A DNA stretch of 64,000 nt from Squalus acanthias. Lineage: Eukaryota. The stretch is from assembly GCA_030390025.1 (NCBI GenBank), contig CM059446.1, positions 38,440,001 through 38,504,000 of the forward strand, written 5' to 3'. Each line of letters opens with the position of its first letter. Position 1 is the first letter of the stretch. Made by a program: the position numbers and the translations under genes. A model generated the notes under the pieces. The model had not been told where the DNA came from, did no database searches, and saw only the letters and a list, made by a program, of their open reading frames with translations. Below are positions 50,112 through 63,652 of this stretch, one piece after another.

Positions 50112-50294
50112 AACAACAGAAAATGCTGGAAACACTCAACAGGCCAGGCAGCATCCGTGGAGAGAGAAACAGAGTTAACGTATTAGGTCTGTGACCCTTT
50201 CTCTCTCCACGGATGCTGCCTGGCCTGCTGAGTGTTTCCAGCATTTTCTGTTGTTTATTTCAGATTTCCAGCATCCGCAGTATTTTGCAATTGT
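50112..50294. mobile_element. Penelope-type foldback insertion
   Basis: Inverted copies of ctctctccacggatgctgcc...cattttctgttgtt; 14-bp duplication atactt(tt/tc)agacat (50098-50111 / 50295-50308). Confidence 0.8.
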
Positions 50295-53131
50295 ATACTT
50301 TCAGACATGCCAGCCATCTGACTTTTAAGCAATGGACTCCCACGAACATCTAAATGCTGCTTCACCTCGGCTTTCCATTCTTTTCAGCAAGCCATAGTGC
50401 TAACTGTAAACTTTCTGTTTCTTGCTCCAAGCTGGCCCAGCATCCTTTGGCATTAACTTTCCTAATTAAATGGCTTCATAGAAAGGGAAAACTGGCATAA
50501 TCACAGGTCAATTGGGATTGGCTTGATTTGTAGCATTAACAATTTCTCCAAAGGGGGAAAATTGTGTCTCCTCGGAGAAATATCTGTCTGTAATCACTCA
50601 AAAGCAAAAGTGGAAATTATATCTGTTAATTGCAAAAGGCAGAGATAAAAATATAAGTCTCTCATAATTTTCAGTTGCAATATAATCATCAAACAGTTTT
50701 ATACGAAGATTGCTCTTTTGAAAGTCTTAAACAAAGCTTTATTTTAAAGATTACGGTAGATTCTTTTTCCTATTGTTCAGTGTACCATCAACAAACTAAA
50801 GGGATAGGCTGTTCCTACTTTAAAGCTAACCTGTGGAACAATACAAGGTCCTTAACATTGAATGAACACATAAGCCCCACCCCGATTTACATCATTGTTT
50901 CACTGAGAACATCCCTCATAGACTCTAATCTAAGTGAGTAACCGCAGGGTCAAATTTTCGTTATGACAATGACTAATAAAATGCAGGGGAATCAATTAGT
51001 TTAATTAAATCTCTGACTATTTAAAACAGTGTCTGCTGCAAAGTTGAGTAATGAGGAAGGGATGCTCTCTGGCCCTATCTGTCTTAATGCAACACTAAAA
51101 TTTTCTGTCGTGACTTTTTTTACACTTGTGTCTGGCTTAAGGGACTCTTGAGAACACTTGAGGCAATTATGGGTCTTAAAATAAAGCCTTTAAAAAGGAG
51201 GGGCAGGGACTCTATTGCTCTTGTGCCCAAGGAATAGGAGTCCTTTGCCTTCATACTGCTAATCCAACACTCATGGACATGATTATCTCATCCTGTGCCA
51301 AGGTTTGAACCTGAATAGTTGGTATGTCTTAATTTAAATAAATCCCTTCATAATTATTCAAAGTAAGACATGGTCAAAGGAGTGCTGAGTGCGCAGTTGG
51401 TATATACAGTGTCTTTTGTCTTGGGAGTAGAGTTGCAGATTTTTAGCTGGTTAGTAAAGGCCGGCACAATGTGTGCAGAAAACATTTAAAAAAAGACACA
51501 CAGCTAAGTCATCCACATCCTAGTTACACAGTGTGAAATCCAGGTGGAGGGTTTAAAAAATATTTCCTCTGCGGAAATCTTCACAGGCAGAAGGAAAAGA
51601 AAAGGTTGGAGCTGGAGAGGAAACCACCCAGCAACTTTTCTTTGTAAAAAAAAACTGCGCTTCTCAAGTCAAAGTGATTACACGCTTGAAAGGTTTGAGG
51701 GTGAGATGATTTCACTGTCACAGATGCAGAGCTCAATGAAAGAGACTGCTGACAAGACATGTGGGTGCAAAGAAACAACCAGCTTTAAACACTACAGAAA
51801 ACTTTTTCATGTAGGCAGGAGACTATATGAAAGTGACTGGAACTTTCAATTAGAAATGTAACAGCTATTCAGTCGGCTTTTGTTAGGGGGCTATAATCCA
51901 TTAAAATCCATTACAGCAACCAAACAGTACCATAACGTGCAATGTTACTGTCATGAAAGTCATAGTGACTCTTAAACATTAAAACTTAGGAAGATAATTG
52001 TATTTAGTTCTTAGCCTATATTTAGCTGTAGCAAAATCCCATCTACTTATTGTTTTTCAGACATACACACATTTGTTTTTTTTCCGCCAGCTCCCAAAAT
52101 GTCTGCTATCCAAGTGTATTTCAATATCTGTTCTTTTGGCTTAAGTTTAGAAAATAAGTTTGGCCAGAAAGCTTTGCTGTGCAGAGACATTTATGGATCT
52201 CAGCTTAATAGTTATTTAATATTGGCTGAGCAAGCTTAAAAGGGATCTGTCTCTTCCGTGGTAATAGATAGATATTCTGATGGTTACTGATTCCTTGGGA
52301 ATTAGGAGTTAAGAGAATGATGCCTATCAGCAGTCGCTGCAATTCTGTTAGCTTAATTTCTTCCCTCTTCTCTCCCCTCCCCCCCGCTTAATTCCCTTCA
52401 TCCACACTAACCTCCTCAGTCTAGAGGGTGGGACAGTTCAGCCCACTGACATCTCCAGGGATGCCAGGAGCTGCAGTTGAGTGGCGCAGGAATGAAGCCC
52501 TCCCTCCCCCACAGAACTATCTGAAACTGCCAAACTCGCCCTCTATGGGAAGCCTAAGTGCAAATGTCAGTCGAGACTGGAATCTGAACTTGGGTCCCTG
52601 GTTGAGGGGTCCAGCCTTGCAGCTACCGGTGCTGTGTGATCCTAATACAAATGGTGTAGCAGGGGAACGTCTAGAGCAGTGCGTAACTGCTATATAAGGT
52701 TGAAAGATCTCTGCTTTATGTTACATCAGGAAAACAGAAACCGAAGTTTTAGTGGGAATGTCATATGCCCACTGTCTTAATCAGAGTAATATAAAGTGAT
52801 AGAGTGATGCGGCAGTCTGTCGTGGAACTTGCTTTCATTTCATGAGCAACTTCTCTTGTTCTAAAACACAAAAGAAATAAAAGCTGCATTACACCAGGCA
52901 AATGTATATGCAGATAGATCCAAACCAACTGAACTCAGTGCCAGAACCCAGTCTGAAAAGCCTTCACCATTTGTAACATCATGTAAAATAATCTGCAATC
53001 ATACTTTATTGATAAATATTGAAGTATTTAAACTACATTAAAATGCCTCAACACTAATCCATTGCTAGGCACTTATTCCACCTCAAATCTTGGTCCAAGA
53101 CACATACAGACTTTGTGTCTCACTGAGTATA

Positions 53132-53250
53132 ACCTTCAGCTGCCTAGGCCCTAAGCTCTGGAATTCCCTCCCTAAACCTTTCCGCCTCTCTACCTCTCTC
53201 TCCTCCTTTAAGAGGCTCTTTAAAGCCTACCTCTTCCTGTCCTAATATCT
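53132..53250 (+). mobile_element. L2 3' fragment
   Basis: ccttcagctgcctaggccctaagctctggaattccctccctaaacc, as at ~11515. Confidence 0.75.
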
Positions 53251-53261
53251 TAGGACATTAA

Positions 53262-53968
53262 GGCATGCCTTGATGTCAAGAGCAGTCACTCTCACCTCCC
53301 CTCTGGAATTCAGCTCTATTATCCATGTTTGGACCAAGGCTGTAATGAGGTCTGGAGCCAAGTGGTCCTTCCGGAACCCAAACTGAGCATCGGTGAGCAG
53401 GTTATCAGTGAGTAAGTGTCGCTTTATAGCACTGTCGACGACATCTTCCATCACTTTGCTGATGATTGAAAGTATACTGATGGGGCGGTAATTGGCCGGA
53501 TTGGATTTGGCCTGCTTTTTGTGGACAGGGCATACCTGGGCAATTTTCCACTTTGCCGGGTAGATGCCAGTGTTGTAACTGTACTGGAAAAGCTTGTCCA
53601 GAGGCGCAGCTAGTTCTGGAGCACAAGTCTTCAGCACTACAGCTGGGGTGTTGTCGGGGCCCATAGCCTTTGCTGTATCCAGTGCGCTCAGCTGTTTCTT
53701 GATATCACGTGGAGTGAATCAAATTGGCTGAAGACTGGCTTCTGTGATGGTGGGGACCTCAGGAAGAGGCCGCGATGGATCATCCACTCGGCAATTGTCG
53801 CTGAAGATGGTTGCGAACGCTTCAGCCTTGTCTTTTGCACTCAAATGCTGGGCTCTGCCATCGTTGAGGATGGGGACGTTCATGGAGCCTCCTCCTCCCG
53901 TTAGTTGTTTAATTGTTCACCACCATTCATGAGGGGATGTGGCAGGACTGCAGAGCTTTGATCTGCTC
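53262..53968 (-). mobile_element. CR1-clade LINE ORF2 (reverse transcriptase) internal fragment
   Basis: GPDN..VLKTCAPELA.PL..LF..WKIAQVCPVHKK..NYRPISILSIISKVME..QFGFR..ALDIKA. Confidence 0.95.
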
Positions 53969-55989
53969 CATTGCTTTGACCAAACCATCCCTGTTGAGAG
54001 CAGCTGGACTTCCATTCCACCCCGCTCAAAACATTTTAATAATATTTGGTTGCGTATTATTTACAGAAAAAAAACTTGATTTGATGCAGTTTTATTGAAG
54101 AAATGAAACAGACTGTGATATCATATGATAGCACAGAAGTTGACGTACTGTGAATTTACTGGTGCTAGGTGCCATTGATATATTGTCACGTATTTGCTTG
54201 TGTAATGCAATACCTCCAATGTTATCATGTAACAGAAAAGGTAGTATTGCTTTAACAACAGTTCCCCTCTACAGCCCAACAGAGCTTTCCCTATCGGCTT
54301 AGTGTTGTATTTAATGTTCATGTCTGGTTTATGCCATAATAGATATGATCCATAATAGGCACAACCCTCCACTCAGGGTGTTAATACTCCCCAGTATATC
54401 TTACAATTAGCATTTGATTAAGACCCATCCATGGTCCTTTCAGCCTTTTATGTTAGGTCAAATTGCCTGTGATGGAGTAAAGCACGCAGGCACCCCAGTA
54501 ATGAACTGGCTAGTAAACCGTTTCAAGTGAAAAGAGAACCATTTTATCACCCTAATGAAAACCAGTTGGCAATCCTTTACTCCTTTTTAATCACTTATCA
54601 GCACAGCTGCTCAAGCATGAGTCTTCAGCCTTAACCATTTAATAGTTTTACCTGTTAACACTGGAGGTTTTAAAACTGTTTGCCGGACTGCCAAATTCCC
54701 AGCCTAAAATGCCCCGTGAAACCTTCCTGTAAATTGAACAGCGGATAACGTCACGCCTAACGCATGATGTCATTTCTTAACAGCGGAAAGTTCAGGTCAG
54801 AAGGCCACTCCTTACTTCAACGGCCGTAGCCTTTCTCTGTTTGATGCTCCTGTCCATTGCCAGGTACCGAGACAAAATGCTACTTTTGCAGAAATACTTG
54901 TGCTGCTTTGGGATATGTGTGTGCATCATTTTAAAGGAAGCGGAGTCAGTTTAAATGTGGAATAAATACAAATTTACGCAACCTTCACGACATAGCACTG
55001 ATCTAGCAAAAACAGAGCTACATCCAGGAAAATTAAGAATACCATGAATATATTTGAAGAGAAACGTAAACAAAGGGTGTGTGTGGCTTTGCTCTGCCAA
55101 TAGAAGATTCTTCTCTCCTGACAAGGAGGCTGTGGTTTCAAGGAACTGAGGTACCTGTCACTAGGATCCACCTACCTAATTTGGATGAGTTTTACCAGTT
55201 CCCAGCTGGGCTTCGAGATGTAGCATCAAGGAAAATGAGGTGTTCCATCGAAAGAACATAGGCAGGTACGGAACAAGAGAAGGTTAATTGGCTCATCAAA
55301 CTTGTTCCTTCCACAGACCACATACAGTTTGGATTCCATCCTACTTACTTGATCTCCTGAGGCAAGTAACTAAACCGCAGGTAAAACTTCCGAGATGATA
55401 AAGCTGTGTGAAATTTCTCGTCAGCTCCCAAGGTCATCGAATGAAACTGCAAGATATCGATCTAATATGGTTATTCAGCCCTGACCCATTACATTCCACA
55501 GAGCTTCTATGTTCTGAATAGTGCAGAGTCTATCAGAATGTTTTTGATCATCTGTGTCTGTACTTACTTGCATAGCCTTCATTACCTCTTAATCAGATAT
55601 CAATCCAGCTCCTTTCTAAAGGAGCTAATCAGCATAGCAACCGTTACCTTTGACAGGGTCTAGTTCACATATCTACCAGTCTGCAGGGAAAATAGTGGTC
55701 TTTGAGATGGCAATATTTTAAGTTGTGATTCCATGTTCCAGTGGGGAGCAATGTTCATGCTGCGGACAATCACGGGTGGGCAGCCTATAGTTTTTCATCC
55801 ATTCATGTTAAAGGACACAAGATCACGGCTGCGTGTCCACAATTTCCAATGATGCACTCCATGCGAGTGGTGCTGCCCACTGGGAGTGCTGGACCATGGA
55901 ATCACCCCTGTTTAATGAAGGGGCGTACCCCGCTCGCAGCATTGGGAATGGGCACTATAAAGGTAGGACATTCAAAAGTACAATCTTAA

Positions 55990-56350
55990 CAATCTTGAGG
56001 CTTGTGTGGAGCATAAACACCAGCACAGATCAGTTGGGTCGAATGGCCTGTTTCTGTGCTGTAAATTCTATGTGACATAGTCACTAATAAATCCAATAAA
56101 GAACTCAGAAGAAACCTCTTTCCCCAGAGAGTAGTTGGAATGTGGAACTCGCTACCACAGGGAGTAGTTGAGGTGAATAGCATAGATGCATTTAAGGGGA
56201 AGCTAGATAAGAACATGAGGGAGAAAGGAATAGAAACGTATGCGGATAGGGTGAGGTGAAGTAGAGTGGGAGGAGGCTCGTGTGGAGCATAAACATGGGC
56301 TCAACCTGTTGAGCCGAATGGCCTGTTTTTGTGCTGTAAATTCTATATAC
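55990..56350 (+). mobile_element. CR1 3' fragments (duplicated tail)
   Basis: FPQRVVGMWNSLP..IDAFKGKLDK; two gtggagcataaaca..gaatggcctgtt tails. Confidence 0.85.
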
Positions 56351-58856
56351 TCTAATGTCTATCTTTAATGCGAAAACAACAACTACAACTGCTACGGCTA
56401 GATTATTATTGCACTGCTCATGTACAAGAAATATCTCTGAGCAGTTTACAAATGGAAAGGTTCACACTGAGCGGGAAATACATAGGAGAAGGAAGTGAGG
56501 CAAAGTGGAAGAGGGTCTTTTGTTGGGGAAGTTATGAAGCCAGGAAGGAAAGTAGCTGATGATGTGGTTCTGGGAGAGAATTCCAGAGAACAGTTCAAAG
56601 AGCCGGCACATGCACGATGGGTCGAGTGACCTCCTTCTGTGCTTTAAGATTCTGTGGTTCTACGAACAGGGGTGAAGCGACTGAAGGATTGGTTCCCAAA
56701 GATGGAGCGAAGGGGGCAACAGTCAGAGGAACATACGTTTCCCTTGGAAGCAAAGAGCCTCAGATAGGGATGCCAACCATTTGGGGGGCCGAGGAAAATC
56801 AGCATGGTGACTTAACTCACCTAATCAACATCTATACCCTGAACCATCCCATCCTCTTGGCTGAAAGAGGACAATGCAGCGAGAAAGGAAACAAGAGTGG
56901 AAGATAAAAAGGAAGTTTCAGTAACAGTTCCGTTGCTATCTGATTCAGTGAAGTCAATAGAGTAAATTGCAGTGCTAATATGTGTAAACATCAAATGTAC
57001 TTAAGTCTAGGTGGCTTGGCTCTCACCTTTTATCTGATGTTTCTCCATAATCAGTAACCTAGCTCATCATTTCTGAACAATGCCATAATTTAGTGGTATC
57101 AATACAAATGAGCCTGCAGGAGTTGCTATTGGGTCTGCACAGCATGTTCTTAGGATCTGGGCCCAAATTCTTCACATAGCAAGAACACCTGAGCATGGGG
57201 TTACTTATGCCTGGCAGAAGCACAGTTGAGGTTCAAGGTCAGTGCCTGCACACACACACTAGGACACTAACACAGTTAGTACTTTTCCAGGGGGCAGCTC
57301 ATTGCAATTCGTCCTCAAGATAGCTATTCTCAGATTTATTGCATGAACACAAGGAGATTTTGTTGCTGACAGAGTTTAAACCAAGCCCTTCATGGTGGAA
57401 GCTAAATAGCTCCACTGTTAAATCATCAATAAATTCCCCAGGATGTAAACATTTAAAAATGAACTTGTGCGCGTGAAAGTACAACAACCCCAGATCAAAA
57501 CACAGACACAAAAAAATCAGAATCACTTGTAATGAAGAGATACCCTCTGTGAGCATTCCACTGCAGTGTTGACTCCAACATGGCAGTTGGATCTAATCTG
57601 TATGTAGCTTCAGCAACATCCTTAGCCAAATAGGTGTTTTACACCCGTCACTTTGACTGAGTTTGAAGTTATTCCAGTACAGAGCAAAATCATTAGTCTT
57701 TCAGATAATTCAGAAAATAAAAACATCCTCACTGACTATCACTCTGAAGAGAAGGCCACAACTCACATTACCAGTCTTTACATGTTTCTCACACCTTTAT
57801 ATCAGAAGCCACATCTACAGTACACAAGGAAAGGACCTGCACTGTTTGTGCATGTAACAGACTGCAGTTGGAAATGCCTCTTGTTTTTCCACTAGTCATG
57901 CGCCCGACTGTATAGATCTCCCATTCTATTTTTGCACTAAACATTCACAATGCCTCATATCAATTTCTCTTAAAATCTACTTTCTTTTTAAATAAAGCTG
58001 AATTGATCTGTATCGGAAGTGTTAACTCAGCGGAACACATTGTGCTGCATGAGAACCCAAGCAATCTAGTTTCTGTTTTATCAAAGATCAGGCTGCTGAA
58101 TCCAGGTTCTAGTGTTGAGAAATTCTAACTGAAAGTGAATGTGTATGTGCAGGATAAGTGATCTGAACAATGTTTTCAAAATCTAGTTTCTGTAACTCAA
58201 TTCAAATTGATCTCTCTTTTATTTCCCAATAGGTGCTCACTCACAGTAAAGCCTTACAGAGGCTGAAATCTGTAATATGTATCTTTACTCTATATGTTTC
58301 AGTTAATTTTTAACCTGGCTTGTTTATCTATCAGTTATCCAGCTAACCATTAATATCAGTTTACTGACTGATGGCCCTCATGTACCAGTCTGGCATCCCA
58401 TAAAAGTCAACATTTTTATCAATGCTCTATTGCTATCTGAACTGCCTATCTGAAAGAAAGTAGGAACTGAAAAGTATGGTGCCCTAGATGATACAAACAG
58501 GGGCTTCAGTATTTCTGCATTGATTGATTACTTGCTCTGTTCCTTTCAGTGATAGATCATTTATAGAGATCTCGGGTAGAAGTGAGATGTCTTGACTTAG
58601 TTAGATCTTTCTGTGTCCTAGAAAAGACAACTAGACTCAATTACAATGTCAGTGCATCCACCGATTGTCAAATACGACGAAACTCCAGTGATAAATAACT
58701 GCTGGTCTCACACTGAGACACGCACGTATAAAGCCAAAGGTTGTTATGGGCGAATGTAGGAGACCAATTTTCTTTCATTTGGAGCATCTGTCAAAAACTG
58801 TAAATAGCAATATGGTCTATTTTTGGTGATGTACTACTTTTTGACCAACCTCTCAT

Positions 58857-58860
<4 letters not shown>

Positions 58861-58894
<34 letters not shown>
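58861..58894. repeat. (TC)17 microsatellite
   Basis: Direct reading. Confidence 0.95.
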
Positions 58895-58897
<3 letters not shown>

Positions 58898-60870
58898 ATC
58901 TCTCTATATCTCAGACGCATTCATATTTCTCGCACATCCTTTACCAAAACTCCTGTTAGATTTTGAAATTGGTATCTATGTTTGATATTGAACATTTTAA
59001 GGAATCCTTTTTGCCGCATTACCGGTTATTTTTTTAGTAAGCATTCATTTCTTTGCAAATTGCCTTGAATTCATGCACACAAACATACATTAATTCTCTC
59101 CACCTACCATGTTGCTATTCATCCCAGGAATACAAATCTCAAGTATAAATGTTAAGAGTTTTATCTTATTTTACACTACTGCATGGGATGCACAATACAT
59201 AGGTCAAAGAATATTTTCATTCAATCATTGGGAGATGTATTATTCTTTTAATGTGGTTAGATATAGAAAAATCATCGTATTTGATTTTAATAAATGCGTT
59301 CCAATTCTAGTTTCTTGACAGTGAACAAAGTGGCACCTTTAAAGCGATCTTTACGGCCAATGGAGGCAGATAGCGAGGTGCCCTCAAATCTACCAGTACC
59401 GGGATGATAGCAAAAAATAAAATTTTAAATAAAAAGCATGAAAGTCATCATTTCTCTTGCAATAAAAAGCTCTGTGTCTCCCCCCCGCCCCAATCATTTC
59501 TTTTAAACAGCCTGGAGCTGGAACACATCACGAGGAGGTCAAAGCACCGAAAGAACAGAGCAGTGACAGTTTCATTTGTTACTTGAAGCACGTGGCCAGC
59601 AGTCACCTATCCTCAGCCGCGAGTGGAGTCCAGAATGTGACATCTGGAAGGGAGAGACACTCACAGGAAGGCACTGATGTGAATTTATCAGCAAAGACAA
59701 ACTAGCGAAAGGAATGACTTAGTGAAAAATTGCTCCATTGGGTTAAAGATGAAAATGAACACATTGTGTTCTTTTCATCGAGCTGTCCTTATGGCTCCTG
59801 CTGTTTGTTACAACCTAATTCTGACATTTGGGCAGAAACATGTTAGTTTAGAAAAAGAGCATAGTCTAGAAAAGAACCTACTGACTGATTATTTTATAAA
59901 TATATATGATATGCATACATTGATAATGATTTAATTCTTTAACATTTATCTTCCTTTGTTAAATGTCCAATGATTATGTTGTGCAGAGAGCTCCAGTGAT
60001 ATATTATGGTGTGCACTAAAATACGAATATTCCAAATATAGCTGTTTGTAATATATTGCCCTAAATTTGACTGATAAATGCAAATGACAATATTATGAAA
60101 CGTGTTCAGTTTAGGAGTCAGTCTATAAATATGAGATAATAAATAAGAGTGTACTACAAGGCAGTAATAGATTGAGGGATTCCCATAATATAAATTACAA
60201 GTGCAAAGCTTAAGCAGCTTATCATGTCATCTTAACTCGGCTCTGAAATAAATTCCTACATTTATTCTGCATGATACACACAATAAGAAATAATTTAGTG
60301 ACTTCCTAGATGGAGTTTGGACACAGAGTAGTTTACTGGAGCTAAGCAATAATAGATTGGAAAAAGAATCTACTGGGCCCCCCTTCTGCCTCGGCACTGG
60401 ATAGGTGCCATGCACCTGGACTCCTCAGGCCTCAGGCCTCCCCCCTCCCCGCCACCAGCAGCAGGCCTTGTGCAGGCAAAAGGGGCAGGAAAGTGGAACT
60501 TGCCTTGTTGCCGGTCTCGGGGCCTTCAGGCTGTTGCTGGAGATCAGCAGTCAGAAGGCCCCAGGGCCCAAATATCAGCAGGGTCACTTAAAAATGTCAT
60601 TACCTGCTCCTGTAGGCTACTCTTCAGCTTGCTGTCAGGCTCCCCCTGATGCTCTGATTTGAGGAGGGTCCTGGCACAAGTCCCACTACCACCAACTTCT
60701 TACTACTCTTGTATCCGGGGGCTCCTGGACTGCAAGGTAAGGACGTTGAGGAAGGAAACTTGGGAACATTCCATTGCACCTCATTTGCATTCCCATGCTG
60801 GACCCCTGATCTGCCCGAGGGTGAAGCCGGGAAATCCTGGTGGAATGTTAGCAGGGGAACGAGGGTGAAG

Positions 60871-61036
60871 TAACAACAGAAAGTGCTGGAAACACTCAGC
60901 AGGTCAGGCAGCATCGAGGAGAGGAGAAACCGAGTCAACGTTTCGGGTCGAACGCTTCGCCAGCCTGACCTGCTGAGTGTTTCCAGCACTTTCTGTTGTT
61001 ATTTCAGATTTCCAGCATCCGCAGTATTTTGCTATT
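60871..61036. mobile_element. Penelope-type foldback insertion
   Basis: Inverted arms aacaacagaaagtgctggaaacactcagcaggtcaggc / gcctgacctgctgagtgtttccagcactttctgttgtt; 14-bp duplication with 12/14 match (60857-60870 / 61037-61050). Confidence 0.78.
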
Positions 61037-61749
61037 GAAAGAGGGTGGAGATTTGGTGCTATAAGTCTCCGCCCCCTTTTTCTTGACCTTAATACCTAGG
61101 AAATAGGCATTTCCCCAGGGGCAAAGGTCAGGAAAATCAGTTCCTGTAAGCCATGGTGACTCAGGCTGTAGTGGCAGCACATCATATGATTCAAAGTTAT
61201 ATGAAGTATGTTTAACAGTTCAATAGCCAGAACAAAGTGAATATATAAAGTGTACATATTGTAATGTAATTGCATTGCAAACAAGAGCTAAAGGGCAAGA
61301 ACTTATTGCATTTGTTCCGAGTCTGTCAATTATGCATTTCATGATGCATTTATCCCGTCCTCTCCACCTGTCAGTCTGCTGCTGATGAAGGGATGGATAC
61401 TGATTAATGCGGTGACCACAAACTGATTTTATTCCATTAAAGACAGTTCAGGTGTCCTTCTGCGTGATGCTTCACTCCTCCATGACCCAATGGGTCATGT
61501 ACTGAAAGATTTGAAGGATAAAGAATCTGCTGGATGTGCAGCAGTGGCACAGCCGGTAGTGCATAGGTGCGTTCCAGGTTAAGGGGCCAAGGGAGGGGAC
61601 CTCCCATGTTTTCTGAGACCTCCTCATTTACATAATGGAGGGAAGCTCCGATCACAGTTTGGGGCACCAGTTGGGAGCGTTGAGTGCATGACTTAGAAGT
61701 GCAGGTGTGGTTCCTTAAAGAGACACTTGCCCTTCCTGTTGAGGACAAT

Positions 61750-62508
61750 GGCCTGTATTTTCCGATCGGAGGCTTCCTGCGTGCGGAGGCCTCCGATCTG
61801 GAAAAAATCTACGGACTTACCTGAGGGATCCCGAGTTCCGGACATTTCCGCTCCTGGGCCTCTCCAACTTGAAATGCGCAGGGCCCTCGTATCCCAGAGG
61901 CGCAGGCGGTTCGCAAGCGTCCCTGGGATCACGTGGGCCATGGGGAGCCAATCAAAGAAGGGAATCTCCCTTCATACACTTGACAGATAGACCCGTCAAA
62001 TATATGAATGGAGATCACCCCCAAAACACTGTAAAACATTAAATAAATGTTTTTTTAAAAATCACATTTTTAAAATGAGTTAAAATTACATTAAATTAAA
62101 TATTTTAAACAAAAATTTAATTTTTTGACAAAAATAATTAAAGTTTTTTATGGGGCTAAAAATAAACTTACCTTTTTTTAAAGTATTATTAAATTATAAA
62201 AGAGTGAAACATTTTTTTTTTACTTTTTTCAACTCTTATGCTGGTAAAAGCAGGCCTTACACCTGCTTTTACCAGGCGTAAGATTTCTAAGGGTTTTCTG
62301 CAGGCAGAGGTTCTCCAGAAAGCAGAACTCTCCCCCCGCAGAGGCCCTTCTGTAGGACAGGCGTCTGATCTGTCAAGAGCATTCTTGACAGATCGGAAAT
62401 ACCGGTTTTCAGCACATGCGCTTGGCTTGCCTGAAAGCGGCATTTCCAATGCCCCTACGGGTGTGTACACAGCTCATACCCACCCGTAGGGATCGGAATA
62501 TACGTCCC
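61750..62508. mobile_element. Harbinger-type MITE, GC-rich arms and AT-rich core
   Basis: TIRs GGCCTGTATTTTCCGATC / GATCGGAATATACGTCCC (14/18); TSD AAT. Confidence 0.88.
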
Positions 62509-63230
62509 AATGAGTTTTTGTTTCCTTTAGTTGCTGCATCTGCAGAAAGAAAGAAAGAACTTGCATTTATATAGCCCCTTTCATGACCTCAGGAGATCCC
62601 AAGGCGCTTTACAACCAATGGGGTTGTAGTTTTACCGTTTTCGGTTTTTTTCCCCCACAGAGGTGAAACAGCGGTGTCTGTGTTGCAGCGTACAGGCTAA
62701 TTCAGTCCTTCCGCTCTCCTGAAATTTCAAGCGTGCTCAAGAAAGAAAAGCAGCAAACGTCCATTTAAATTCAGCGGCAAATATTTTGTGGAAGCCAGAA
62801 AGTGTCAGGGGACCAGGAGTAAGCCATTCAGTCCATCGAGTCTGCTCCTGGCAGTCTACAGCTACAGATTACATCCAGGTTCTATAAAGCATAAAGGGGT
62901 TGATTCTAACTGGAGGCGGGGGTCAGTGCGGAGGGGGTGGTGGCAAAGTGAGCGGTGCGCATAGAACGCAGTGAGGCCAGGCTGATATTAAGTGCCGGAA
63001 CTCATTTACATGGGGTTTGTCTGCTTCCTGCCTGAATCCCAGTGAACAACCTGCCTGGGGAGGAGTGGGATTCCATGCGGCAGGTGGGCAAGCCAGGGAC
63101 CTGCAGGAAGAATCCCTGGCACTAAGGTAGGTTGATCATGGGGGTGGGGGGGAGTCGGCTGTGGTTGCGGTTGAGGGGAGGCGAAAGCTCGGGGTAGGGG
63201 AGGCCCAAGGTTTCCTTATGGGGTCCAGAG

Positions 63231-63652
63231 GTGTCAGCCGTGGCTCAGTTGGTAGCACCCTCGCCTCTGAGTTCGAAGGTTGTGGGTTCAAGTCCCACTC
63301 CAGAGACTTGAGCACATATATTCGAGGCTGACACTCCAGCGCAATACTGAGGGCGTGCTGCACTGTCGGAGGTGCCGTCTTTCGGTATGAGACGTTAAAC
63401 CGAGGTGAATATAAAAGATCCCATGGCACTATTTTGACGAAGAGCAGGGGAGTTCTCCCTGTGTTCTGGCCAATATTTATCCCTCAATCAACATCACTAA
63501 AACAGATTATCTGGTCATTAGCACATTGCTGTTTGTGGGAGCTTGCTGTGCACAAATTGGCTGCCGCGTTTCCTACATTACAACAGTGACTACACTTGAA
63601 AAAGAAGTACTTCATTGGCTGTAAACGCTTTGGGACCCCAGACCTTGTGAGA
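63231..63652 (+). mobile_element. DeuSINE (SacSINE1-like): tRNA-derived head, Deu domain, L2-type tail (3' end clipped)
   Basis: A box TGGCTCAGTTGG 63241-63252, B box GGTTCAAGTCC 63285-63295; AmnSINE1-like core aaagatcccatggcact..ttgctgtttgtgggagcttgctgtgcacaaattggctgc. Confidence 0.9.

Noticed and set aside
63231-63305. tRNA gene
   Set aside because: The A and B boxes continue directly into the Deu domain, and decayed copies occur elsewhere in the window: it is a SINE head.
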